Notes under the pieces: generated by a model
What the model saw: the letters and a program-made list of their open reading frames with translations, nothing else
Told to the model about the DNA's origin: nothing
Databases searched by the model: none
Program-made: the position numbers and the translations under genes
DNA from: an uncultured delta proteobacterium
GTDB lineage: Bacteria; Myxococcota; Myxococcia; SLRQ01
Direction of reading: 5' to 3'
DNA length: 64,000 nt
NCBI GenBank assembly: GCA_963727485.1
Contig: CAVSGM010000011.1
Location: 768,001-832,000 of the forward strand
Shown: piece by piece, positions 53,325 to 64,000 of the stretch
Layout of the letters: every line of letters starts with the position of its first letter
How positions within the stretch are numbered: the first letter of the stretch is position 1

Positions 53325-54644
53325 GTGTCAGACCCCCTCGTTATAGACAGGCGCCCTCGAGCCCGGGGGTCCCGTGACATATCCGTCGCGGACCGAGCCG
53401 GAAGGGAGCGGGAGCACCTCTTGAAAGACTGGACCGAGTCCGACGCCTTGGCGGCCCTGGCCATCCTCCCCGGGGTGGGCCCCCGAAGCCTCGACCACAT
53501 CCGGCAGCACTACCGGTCCTTCGCCTCGGCGGTCGTCGCCGACCGCGAGGATCTGGCCAACCATGCCGCCGCCGCCTCCCCGGGGGCCGGGCGCGGCATC
53601 CGCGAGACCGGGGACCTCCGGGCCCACCTCGAGCACGTCCGGGATCAGGCCGGGGTCGCCGGGGCCCGCCTCGTCACCCGCTTCGACCCGGGCTGGCCCC
53701 AGCGCCTGGCCGACCTCGCCGCCGACGAGCTCGAGAGCCTCCCGCCCGCGAGCCTCTTCGTCCGGGGCCGCCTCGACGCCCTCGAGTCCCGGTTCAGCGT
53801 CGCCATCGTGGGCAGCCGCCACCCCGACACCCTGGCCCGGACCCAGACCCGCGCCCTGGCCCGGGAGCTCGCGGAGGCCGGGGTGGTGGTGGTCAGCGGC
53901 GGCGCCACCGGGGTCGACAAGGAGGCCCACCTCGCCGCCCTCGCCGCCGGCGGGGAGACCATCGTGGTCCAGGGCACGGGCATCGACGTGCCCTATCCCA
54001 AGCGCCACCGGGGCCTCTTCGACGAGGTCGTCGAGGCCGGTGGGGCGGTGGTCTCGGAGATGGGCCCCGGAATCGAAGCGAAGCCGGGCCTGTTCCCCCG
54101 CCGCAATCGCATCGTCTCCGGGCTCGCGGACCTGGTGGTGGTGGTCGCGGCCACGGGCACCTCCGGGTCGCTGATCACCGCCTCCCACGCCGTGAGCCAG
54201 GGCCGCCCCGTGTGCGCGGTCCCCGGCGATCCCCGCCGGGGCCTCTCCCAGGGGACCAACCGCCTGCTGGTCCGTGGCGCCGCCGCGGTCCTCGAGGCCT
54301 CCGACGTGATCGAGTACCTCTTCGAGATCCATGGCGCCGCCCGCGATGGCGGGCTGGCCGCCGACTGGCTCGCCGGCCGGCGCAGCCAGGAGACCGACGG
54401 AGCCCTGGCGGTGGGCCCCGAGCTGCCGCTGACGCCCCGGGCCCACCGGGTGCTCCAGCGGCTCGATACCCTGCCCCGGGGCGCCGAGTTTCTCGGCCAC
54501 GGCACCGGCCTCTCCGGCGCCGAGATCGCCGCGGCCCTCTCCGAGCTGGAGATGGCCGGGTTGGCAGAACGCGCCGCCGGTGGCTACGTTCTCGCGGGCG
54601 CCGTCCGCGCCCCAGACCTCGAGGAGGGGCCCGGGAAGCGGTAG
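53325..54644 (+). CDS. dprA: DNA-processing protein DprA/Smf
   Basis: VAIVGSR, VSGGATGVD, GTGID, FPRRNRIVSG, SGSLITA, GTNRLL. Confidence 0.92.
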   Translation: MSDPLVIDRRPRARGSRDISVADRAGREREHLLKDWTESDALAALAILPGVGPRSLDHIRQHYRSFASAVVADREDLANHAAAASPGAGRGIRETGDLRAHLEHVRDQAGVAGARLVTRFDPGWPQRLADLAADELESLPPASLFVRGRLDALESRFSVAIVGSRHPDTLARTQTRALARELAEAGVVVVSGGATGVDKEAHLAALAAGGETIVVQGTGIDVPYPKRHRGLFDEVVEAGGAVVSEMGPGIEAKPGLFPRRNRIVSGLADLVVVVAATGTSGSLITASHAVSQGRPVCAVPGDPRRGLSQGTNRLLVRGAAAVLEASDVIEYLFEIHGAARDGGLAADWLAGRRSQETDGALAVGPELPLTPRAHRVLQRLDTLPRGAEFLGHGTGLSGAEIAAALSELEMAGLAERAAGGYVLAGAVRAPDLEEGPGKR

Positions 54645-54682
54645 CCCCGGATGACCCCCGTCCAGGAAGGAGAGCCTCTCTC

Positions 54683-56993
54683 TTGAGCCAGTATCTCGTC
54701 GTCGTCGAGTCGCCTGCCAAGGCGAAGACCATCAAGAAGTATCTGGGCAAGGAGTACACGGTGAAGGCCTCCGTGGGCCACGTGAAGGACCTGCCCAAGT
54801 CCAAGCTCGGCGTGGACGTCGAGCACGATTTCGCGCCCGAGTACCAGGTGATCCGCGGCAAGGGGAAGGTGCTCCAGGAGATCAAGAAGGCGGCCAAGTC
54901 CGCCTCCAAGGTCTTCCTCGCCCCCGACCCCGACCGTGAGGGTGAGGCCATCGCCTGGCACATCGCCCAGGAGCTCAAGGGCAAGAAGGGCGCCGCCGGT
55001 CCCGAGGTGGTCCGGGTGCTCTTCAACGAGATCACCAAGCGCGCGGTGCAGGAGGCGGTGCAGCACCCGCTCCAGCTCGACGAGAGCAAGTACAACTCCC
55101 AGCAGGCCCGGCGCATCCTCGACCGGCTGGTGGGCTACCAGATCAGCCCGCTCTTGTGGCGCAAGGTCCGCCGGGGGCTCTCCGCAGGAAGGGTCCAGTC
55201 GGTGGCGGTGCGCCTGGTGGTCGAGCGCGAGCGCGAGATCGGCGCCTTCGTCGCCGAGGAGTACTGGACCATCGACGCCCTGCTCGCCGGGGCCCACCCG
55301 CCGGCCTTCACCGCGCGGCTGGCCAAGATCGACGGGAAGAAGGCGAAGGTCGCCGGCGAGGCCGAGGCCAGGCAGATCGTCGCCGAGCTCGAGAAGGCCG
55401 ACTACAAGGTCACCAAGGTCGAGCGCAAGGAGCGCCGGCGCAAGGCGCCCGCGCCCTTCATCACCTCGCGGCTCCAGCAGGAGGCCAGCAACCGCCTCCG
55501 GTTCACCGCCAAGAAGACCATGACCCTGGCCCAGCGCCTCTACGAGGGCGTGGAGCTCGGGGAAGAGGGCAGCGTCGGCCTCATCACCTACATGCGTACC
55601 GACTCCACGCGGCTCTCGGACGAGGCCGTCACCGGGGTCCGCGAGTACATCGGCACCACCTTCGGCGCCGAGTCGGTCCCCGAGAAGCCCAACTTCTACA
55701 AGAGCGGCAAGCAGGCCCAGGACGCCCACGAGGCGATCCGGCCCACCTCCGTCGAGTACCCGCCCGAGAAGGTGAAGAAGTTCCTCGACCGGGACATGTT
55801 CCGCCTCTACGAGCTCATCTGGAAGCGCTTCGTCGCCTGCCAGATGACGCCGGCGGTCTACGACCAGACCAAGGTCGAGACCACCGCCGGCCGCTACGTC
55901 CTCGCCGCCACCGGCTCCATCCTCAAGAAGGCCGGGTGGCTCGCCGCCTACGGCGAGCGCACCGAGGAGGACGAGGAGCGCGCCGACAAGGGCCAGGAGG
56001 ACGAGAACGGCACCGGGCGCCAGCTCCCCGACCTCAACGAGGGCGAGACCCTCAAGCTCGAGAAGCTCGACCCGGTCCAGCACTTCACCCAGCCGCCGCC
56101 CCGGTTCAACGAGGCGAGCCTGGTGAAGGAGCTCGAGGAGAAGGGCATCGGCCGGCCGTCGACCTACGCCTCCATCCTCTCGGTCATCCAGGACAAGGAG
56201 TACGTGAAGAAGGACGAGGGGCGCTTCCACCCCACCGACCTCGGCGTCCTGGTGACCGACCTGCTCGTCGAGAGCTTTCCCCAGGTCCTCGACGTCACCT
56301 TCACCGCCGAGATGGAGAACCAGCTCGACGGAGTGGAGCAGGGCAAGGTCGACTACCTCGAGGTCCTCAAGCGCTTCTACGGCCCCTTCGCCGACGACCC
56401 TGAAGAAGGCCGAGGAGCACATGCGCGACGTCAAGCGCGAGGAGACCCCCACCGACCTCACCTGCGAGAAGTGCGGGTCGGCGATGGTCATCAAGTGGGG
56501 GCGCAACGGGCGCTTCCTCGCCTGCTCCGGCTACCCCGACTGCAAGAACACCGCCGACTTCCGCGAGAAGGAGGACGGGACCATCGAGGTGGTGGGCGAG
56601 GAGGAGACCGACGAGAAGTGCCCCACCTGTGGCAAGCCCATGGTGGTGAAGCGCGGGCGCTTCGGGCGGTTCCTCGCCTGCTCGGGCTACCCCGAGTGCA
56701 AGACCAGCAAGCCCATCAGCGTCGGGGTCGACTGCCCCGAGTGCGGCAAGGGCTACTTCACCGAGCGGCGCAGCCGCCGGGGCAAGACCTTCTACGGCTG
56801 CAGCAACTACCCCGAGTGCAAGAACGCCCTCTGGGACCGGCCGGTGGACAAGCACTGCCCCCACTGCGAGAGCCCGTTCCTGCTGCAGAAGTACACCCAG
56901 AAGACCGGGCCCTACCTGGCGTGCCCCAACAAGGAGTGCGGCTACAAGGGCCCGATCGACGAGGGCGAGAAGGCCGCCGCCGCCGGGGGCTGA
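54683..56993 (+). CDS. topA: DNA topoisomerase I with C-terminal Zn ribbons (frameshift near 56391)
   Basis: VVESPAKAKTI, DPDREGEAI, SAGRVQS, LITYMRTDS, QDAHEAIRPT, GIGRPSTY; four Zn ribbons in the next frame. Confidence 0.95.
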
Positions 56994-57038
56994 TCCCGGC
57001 CGCCGCCGGTGAGGGCGGCGGGCCGGGCGCGTCACCGG

Positions 57039-58154
57039 CTACCTCGCCTCGGGCCCGACGGCCGGGGCGGGGGCGGGCCGGGCCCCGTGGAGCTGGGCGA
57101 TCTGCTGCTCGGCGGCGAGCACGATGACGATGTCGCCGCTGGCGACCCGGGCGTCGCCCCGGGGGCCCACCACCAGCTGGCCCCCGGCCTTGCGCACCCC
57201 GAGGACGGTGGTCCCCGGGGCCTGGGCGAAGCCCTCGGCCAGGGTCACCCCGTCGAGGACCGAGCCGGCCCGGACCTCGAGCTCGGCGAGGATGAGCTCG
57301 CCGTGGCGCCCGGTGGCGAGGGTGTCCACGAAGTCGGTGATCAGGGGCTGGAGGGCCGAGAGCATCATCCGCCGGCCGCTGATGGCGTGGGGCGAGACCA
57401 CCCGGTCGACGCCGGCGAGGCGAAGCTTGGCCTCGCTGGTGGGCACCTCCGAGCGGGCGACGATGTAGAGGCTCGGGTTGAGCTTCTTGGCCGTCAGCGC
57501 GATGTAGACGTTCACCGCGTCGGAGTTGGCGGCGGCGCACAGGGCCCGGGCGCTGTCGAGCCGGGCCTCCTGGAGCACCGCTTCCTCGGCGGCGCTCCCC
57601 TCGATGACCGGGAAGCCCTCGTCGACGGCGGCCTTCACCGCCTCCGGGTCCGGGTCCACCACCACCAGGTCGGTGCCCCGCTCGGCGAAGCCGTGGGCGA
57701 TCTCCTGGCCCACCCGGCCGAAGCCGCAGATGACGTAGTGCTGCTTCATCGCCGCGATGCGTCGCATCATCAGCCGCCTTTCGTAGTTGCGCCGCAGGTC
57801 GCCCTCGACCACCGTCGCCACCAGGAGGGTCAGGGTGTAGAAGACCGTGCCCACCCCGGTGATGATGAGGACGATGGTGAACACCTTCGCCGCCGGGCCG
57901 AAGGGCCTGATCTCCTCGAAGCCCACGGTGGAGAGGGTGGTGAGGGCCTGGTAGAGGCCGTCGAGGGGGCCGACGCGCAGCAGCAGGCTGTAGCCCACCG
58001 TCCCCACCGCGGTGAGGACCGTGAGCATCAGGACTGGCAGGCGCAGGTGCTTGAGCGCCAGGACCAGGTCCACGGCGGCGCGCAGCCACCCGAAGGGGCC
58101 CGGCGGCGTTCGCCGTCGTGTGCGTCGGGTCACGAGGGTAGGGTAGAGGCCCAT
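57039..58154 (-). CDS. Potassium channel protein (2TM pore + RCK_N + RCK_C)
   Basis: [10 protein letters not shown] pore, ICGFGRVG Rossmann motif, TrkA-C-like tail. Confidence 0.88.
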   Translation of the reverse strand: MGLYPTLVTRRTRRRTPPGPFGWLRAAVDLVLALKHLRLPVLMLTVLTAVGTVGYSLLLRVGPLDGLYQALTTLSTVGFEEIRPFGPAAKVFTIVLIITGVGTVFYTLTLLVATVVEGDLRRNYERRLMMRRIAAMKQHYVICGFGRVGQEIAHGFAERGTDLVVVDPDPEAVKAAVDEGFPVIEGSAAEEAVLQEARLDSARALCAAANSDAVNVYIALTAKKLNPSLYIVARSEVPTSEAKLRLAGVDRVVSPHAISGRRMMLSALQPLITDFVDTLATGRHGELILAELEVRAGSVLDGVTLAEGFAQAPGTTVLGVRKAGGQLVVGPRGDARVASGDIVIVLAAEQQIAQLHGARPAPAPAVGPEAR

Positions 58155-58227
58155 GCTCCGGGGCGCCACCGGCCGGGGCCGGGGCCGGGGAAGTGGCGCG
58201 GGCTTGCGGGCGCGGTACGATCGGGCC

Positions 58228-59133
58228 ATGTCCCTCGTCGATCGCTTCGCCGAACACCTGGCCCGGGAGAAGAACGCCTCGCCGAACACGGTGCGCGCCT
58301 ACCGCCGGGACCTGGGGCAGCTGGTGGACTGGCTGGTGGACGAGGGCCTCGCGGCCAGCGCCGAGGACGACGCGGTGTGGGCGCGCCTCGACCGGATGCG
58401 CCTGCGGACCTGGCTCGCCCACCGCCACGGGCGCTCGAGCCCGGCGACGGTGATGCGCAAGCTGGCGAGCCTGCGGACCTTCTACCGGTGGCTCGCCCGG
58501 GAGGGCGTGGTCGAGGCGAACCCGGCGGCGCTCCTGGCGACGCCCAAGCAGCCCAAACGCCTCCCCAAGGCGCTGCCGGTCGACGAGGTCTTCGCCCTGG
58601 TCGAGGCGCCGGACGACCACGAGATCCTCGGGGTGCGCGACGCGGCGATCCTCGAGCTGCTCTACGGCGGCGGGCTCCGGGTCTCCGAGGCCACCGGCCT
58701 GAAGGTCGGCGACCTCGACCTCGCCTCCGCCTCGGTGCGGGTGATGGGCAAGGGGCGCAAGGAGCGGCTGGTGCCCATCGGCCGCAAGGCCATCGCCGCC
58801 CTGGAGCGGTGGCTCGCCCGGCGGGGGGAGCTCCTCCGCGAGGGGCAGGACGACCCCGGGGCCCTCTTCCTCGGGCGCCTGGGGACGCCGCTGACCAGCC
58901 GGCAGGTGGCGCGGCGCCTCGACCACCACGTGCAGGCGGTGGCCCTCAAGCGCAACGTCTCCCCCCACGCCCTGCGCCACAGCTTCGCCACCCACCTCCT
59001 CGGCGGGGGCGCGGACCTCCGGGCGATCCAGGAGCTGCTCGGTCACGCGTCGCTCTCGACCACCCAGCGCTACACCCACGTGTCGGTGGAGCACCTGATG
59101 CAGGTCTACGACAAGGCCCACCCGAAGGCGTAG
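58228..59133 (+). CDS. xerC: Tyrosine recombinase XerC
   Basis: [46 protein letters not shown]; upstream of hslVU. Confidence 0.9.
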   Translation: MSLVDRFAEHLAREKNASPNTVRAYRRDLGQLVDWLVDEGLAASAEDDAVWARLDRMRLRTWLAHRHGRSSPATVMRKLASLRTFYRWLAREGVVEANPAALLATPKQPKRLPKALPVDEVFALVEAPDDHEILGVRDAAILELLYGGGLRVSEATGLKVGDLDLASASVRVMGKGRKERLVPIGRKAIAALERWLARRGELLREGQDDPGALFLGRLGTPLTSRQVARRLDHHVQAVALKRNVSPHALRHSFATHLLGGGADLRAIQELLGHASLSTTQRYTHVSVEHLMQVYDKAHPKA

Positions 59134-59204
59134 GCGCGTCGCCGGCCCGGCTTTCCCCGCCGGGCCCTTGCCATCCCCGGGCTCGTGCGCATGATGGGGC
59201 GCAC

Positions 59205-59743
59205 ATGAGCCACGAGACACCCCACGGAACGACCATCCTCTGCGTCCGCCAGGGCGGGAAGACGGTCATGGCGGGCGACGGACAGGTCACCCTGGGCAAC
59301 ACGGTGATGAAGGCGACGGCCCAGAAGGTCCGGCGCCTCTACGACGGCAAGGTGATCTCCGGCTTCGCCGGGTCCACCGCCGACGCCTTCACCCTCTTCG
59401 AGAAGTTCGAGGCCAAGCTCCAGGCCTACTCGGGGAACCTCAAGCGCGCCTGCGTGGAGCTCGCCAAGGACTGGCGCACCGACAAGTACCTGCGCCGCCT
59501 CGAGGCCATGCTCATCGTCGCCGACGCCGACACCATGCTGCTGCTCTCGGGCAGCGGCGACGTCATCGAGCCCGACACCCCGGTGGTCGCGGTGGGCTCC
59601 GGGGGGCCCTACGCCCTGGCCGCCGCCCGGGCGCTCTCCGAGAACACCGACCTGCCCGCCCGGACCGTCGCCGAGAAGGCCATGGCCATCGCCGGGGACA
59701 TCTGCATCTACACCAACGCCAACGTGGTGTTCGAGGAGATCGC

Positions 59744-59747
<4 letters not shown>
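59205..59747 (+). CDS. hslV: ATP-dependent protease subunit HslV
   Basis: [39 protein letters not shown]. Confidence 0.96.
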
Positions 59748-61165
<1,418 letters not shown>

Positions 61166-61221
61166 CCGGATGACCCGGCGCGCCGGGGCCGGCCAGGCTC
61201 TGCGCGGGCGGACGAACCGGG

Positions 61222-61899
61222 CTAGAGCTTGTAGCGCTCGGCCCGGCGCGCGTGGCGCTCGGCCTTCCAGGCGTGGCGCTCGGCCCGGCGGGCGTGGCGG
61301 GCGGCGCGGCGGTACTCCCGCCAGTCGGCGTGGCCGCCCTCGGGGAGGGCCGCGCGCGCCGGCGCGTCGTAGGGCCCGAGATAGAGGTCGATGGCCCGGC
61401 GACCGAGCTTCACCCCGAAGACCACGGCGACGATGGTGAGGAGGACGCCGTGGGTGAGGAAGAGCAGGTCGAGGACGCCGATGACCCCCAGGGTCAGGAG
61501 GTCGTGGGCCGCCCGGCGCTTGAAGCGCGCCTTCTCGGCGGCGAGGGGGTCGGCGGAGACCGGGGCCATGCTCGCCTCGGCGGCCTGGGTCGGGTCACCG
61601 GCTTGGGGGGCCGGCCGGGCGGGGACGGGCTCGGCGGCGCGGGCCTTCCGGCCCTGGGCTTTGCCCTTGCCCGCGGTGGCCGCCGGGGGCTCGGGGGTCG
61701 CCGCCCGGCGCAGGGCGTGCTCGGAGATGTCGAGGTCGCCGGCGATCTCCACCAGATCCGGCCAGCTCACCCGATCGGCGCCGGCGAGCGGCGCGGTCGG
61801 GGGCGCCGCCTTCGCGGTGGTCGCCCGGCGGATGATGGCGCCGACCTCCTCGACCGAGTAGGTGCGCGACTCGACGGGGCCTTCGTCTGACTTCGCCAT
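61222..61899 (-). CDS. Hypothetical membrane protein (two C-terminal TMs)
   Basis: [25 protein letters not shown]; two hydrophobic segments. Confidence 0.65.
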   Translation of the reverse strand: MAKSDEGPVESRTYSVEEVGAIIRRATTAKAAPPTAPLAGADRVSWPDLVEIAGDLDISEHALRRAATPEPPAATAGKGKAQGRKARAAEPVPARPAPQAGDPTQAAEASMAPVSADPLAAEKARFKRRAAHDLLTLGVIGVLDLLFLTHGVLLTIVAVVFGVKLGRRAIDLYLGPYDAPARAALPEGGHADWREYRRAARHARRAERHAWKAERHARRAERYKL

Positions 61900-62112
61900 G
61901 GCCAAAGGGTACGCCTCCATGGGGTGTCCCGCCACTGTCGGCGTCGGCCGTGGGGCCGGCGCCGCAAGGGCGGACGGGGTGCCGGAACGGGCGGCGGACG
62001 GCCCCGGCGCCGGGCGTCTGACGACTGGCGGGCGCCGGGGCCGCAGCCGCGCGCCCGGCACCCCAAGCGCCCCCTTGCGGCCGGCGCGCCGGAATGCTTC
62101 GATGCCGGCCCC

Positions 62113-63015
62113 ATGGAGCGTGCCCAGGAGACCGCCCGCGTCCTCATCGAGGCGCTGCCCTACATCCGCCGGTTCGCCGGCCGGACCGTCGTCATCAAGT
62201 ACGGCGGCAACGCCATGGTCGACGACGCCCTCAAGGAGACCTTCGCCCTCGACGTGGTGCTCCTCAAGTACGTGGGGGTGCGCCCGGTGGTGGTCCACGG
62301 CGGCGGCCCCCAGATCGGCAAGGTCCTGGAGCGCATGGGCATCGCCTCCCGCTTCGTCGAGGGCCTGCGGGTGACCGACGACGAGACCATGGACGTGGTG
62401 GAGATGGTGCTCGTGGGCCAGGTGAACAAGGAGATCGTCTCGCTCCTCAACCAGGGTGGCGGCCGGGCCGTGGGCCTCTCGGGGAAGGACGGGCGGATGA
62501 TCCGCGCCCGGAAGATCACCATCGAGAGCCGCCCCGCCGCCAACAAGGCCCCGGAGATCGTCGACCCCGGGCGGGTGGGGGACGTGGCCGCGGTGGACCC
62601 CTCGGTCATCGGCTCCCTCGAGGACGCCGGCTACATCCCGGTCATCGCCCCGGTGGGCGTCGACGACGCCGGCCGGGCCCTGAACATCAACGCCGACACC
62701 GTGGCCGGCCGCGTCGCCGGGGCCCTCAAGGCCGATCGGCTGCTCCTGCTCACCGACACCGTGGGGGTCAAGGACGCCGCCGGCGCCCTCGTCCCCGAGC
62801 TCGACACCGCGGGCGCCGAGGGCCTCATCCACGACGGCACCGCCATAGGCGGCATGATCCCCAAGCTGCGCTGCTGCCTCCAGGCGCTCGCCCACGGCGT
62901 GGGCGCCGCCACCATCCTCGACGGCCGCGTGCCCCACGCGGTCCTCCTCGAGCTGCTCACCGACCGGGGTGTGGGCACCGTGATCCGCGACGCCCCCCCG
63001 AAGGAGACCCCATGA
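62113..63015 (+). CDS. argB: Acetylglutamate kinase
   Basis: [40 protein letters not shown]. Confidence 0.96.
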   Translation: MERAQETARVLIEALPYIRRFAGRTVVIKYGGNAMVDDALKETFALDVVLLKYVGVRPVVVHGGGPQIGKVLERMGIASRFVEGLRVTDDETMDVVEMVLVGQVNKEIVSLLNQGGGRAVGLSGKDGRMIRARKITIESRPAANKAPEIVDPGRVGDVAAVDPSVIGSLEDAGYIPVIAPVGVDDAGRALNINADTVAGRVAGALKADRLLLLTDTVGVKDAAGALVPELDTAGAEGLIHDGTAIGGMIPKLRCCLQALAHGVGAATILDGRVPHAVLLELLTDRGVGTVIRDAPPKETP

Positions 63016-64000
63016 GCCTCACGCAAGACCTCATCGCCTCGGGCCAGGCCCACCAGTTCCGCAACTACCGCCAGCCGGACTTCGTGCTGGCCAAGGGCGA
63101 GGGCGCCTGGGTCGAGGACCTCGACGGCAAGCGCTACCTCGACCTCATCGCCGGCATCGCCACCTGCGGCCTGGGCCACCGCCACCCCAAGGTCGCCGCG
63201 GCGGTGCACGCCCAGGTCGACAAGCTGTGGCACGTCTCGAACCTCTACTGGACCGAGCCGGCCATCCGCCTGGCCGAGAAGCTCACCGCCACCTCCTTCG
63301 CCGACCGGGTGTTCTTCTGCAACTCCGGCGCCGAGGCCAACGAGGGCGCCATCAAGCTCGCCCGGCGCTACCACCACGACCGGGGCGAGGCGCGTCACGA
63401 GATCCTCGCCTTCGAGCACTCGTTCCACGGGCGCACCATGGGCGCCCTGGCCGCCACCGGCCAGCCCAAGTACCACGAGGGCTTCGGGCCCATGCCCGCG
63501 GGCTTCGTCCACGTGCCCTACGGCGACCTCGAGGCGGTCAGGGCCAAGGCCGGCGCCGGCACCGCGGCGATCATGCTCGAGCCGCTCCAGGGCGAGGCGG
63601 GGATCCTCGCGCCCCCCGAGGGCTTCCTCGCGGAGCTGCGCAAGCTCTGCGACGAGCTCGGCGCCCTGCTCATCCTCGACGAGGTGCAGTCGGGGATGGG
63701 GCGCACCGGGAAGCTCTGGGCCCACGAGTGGACCGGCGTCACCCCGGACATCATGACCAGCGCCAAGGCGCTGGGCAGCGGCCTGCCCATCGGGGCGCTG
63801 CTGGCCACCGAGGAGGTCGCCAAGAGCTTCGTCCCCGGGACCCACGCCTCGACCTTCGGCGGCAACCCCGTCGCCTGCGCCTCGGCGCTCGCCACCCTCG
63901 AGGTGCTCCTCGACGACGGCGCCCTCGAGGCAGGCGCCCGGGCCGCCGCCCACCTGCGCGAGCAGGTCGAGTCCGAGCTGGTGGGCAAGGGGCCCGTCAC
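63012..64000 (+). CDS. argD: Acetylornithine aminotransferase, partial (runs off the window)
   Basis: [59 protein letters not shown] overlap with argB. Confidence 0.92.
   Translation, partial: MSLTQDLIASGQAHQFRNYRQPDFVLAKGEGAWVEDLDGKRYLDLIAGIATCGLGHRHPKVAAAVHAQVDKLWHVSNLYWTEPAIRLAEKLTATSFADRVFFCNSGAEANEGAIKLARRYHHDRGEARHEILAFEHSFHGRTMGALAATGQPKYHEGFGPMPAGFVHVPYGDLEAVRAKAGAGTAAIMLEPLQGEAGILAPPEGFLAELRKLCDELGALLILDEVQSGMGRTGKLWAHEWTGVTPDIMTSAKALGSGLPIGALLATEEVAKSFVPGTHASTFGGNPVACASALATLEVLLDDGALEAGARAAAHLREQVESELVGKGPV

Noticed and set aside
54683..56993. topA pseudogene or programmed frameshift
   Set aside because: Single indel, no slippery heptamer seen, and many similar indels across the window indicate sequencing error
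58228..59133. Phage or island integrase
   Set aside because: Size, motifs and position before hslVU fit housekeeping XerC

Overview
This is a very GC-rich bacterial chromosomal window. Gene content (MYXO-CTERM protein, several Ser/Thr kinases, FHA proteins, sigma54 systems, dprA-topA-xerC-hslVU-argBD order) points to Myxococcota/Deltaproteobacteria; that placement is inference. From left to right it holds a partial complex I cluster (nuoABCD-G-H-I), a Na+/solute symporter and tRNA-Met. Next is an accessory module: sensor kinase, NtrC-type activator, sigma54 promoter with tandem palindromic enhancer-like sites, Cyc2-like cytochrome-porin and two type-1-copper cupredoxin-like proteins, with an internally deleted IS1182-like element inside it. 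Assorted metabolic and envelope genes follow (Rieske, isochorismatase, moaB, GT39, diadenylate cyclase, dksA, MoaD + beta-propeller, GH31, pfkA). A Ser/Thr-kinase/FHA/PilZ/LysM signalling region is interrupted by a compositionally atypical DUF4382-like/HExxH metalloprotease + MYXO-CTERM pair. The right end carries rel, ridA, kamA-like, pgeF and LysM-dprA-topA-(K+ channel)-xerC-hslVU-argB-argD. About ten single-base frameshifts, some in housekeeping genes, look like sequencing errors; four fall at GATC read as GAATC. The most interesting item is the sigma54-regulated Cyc2/cupredoxin module. All product calls come from motif recognition by eye; no database searches were run.
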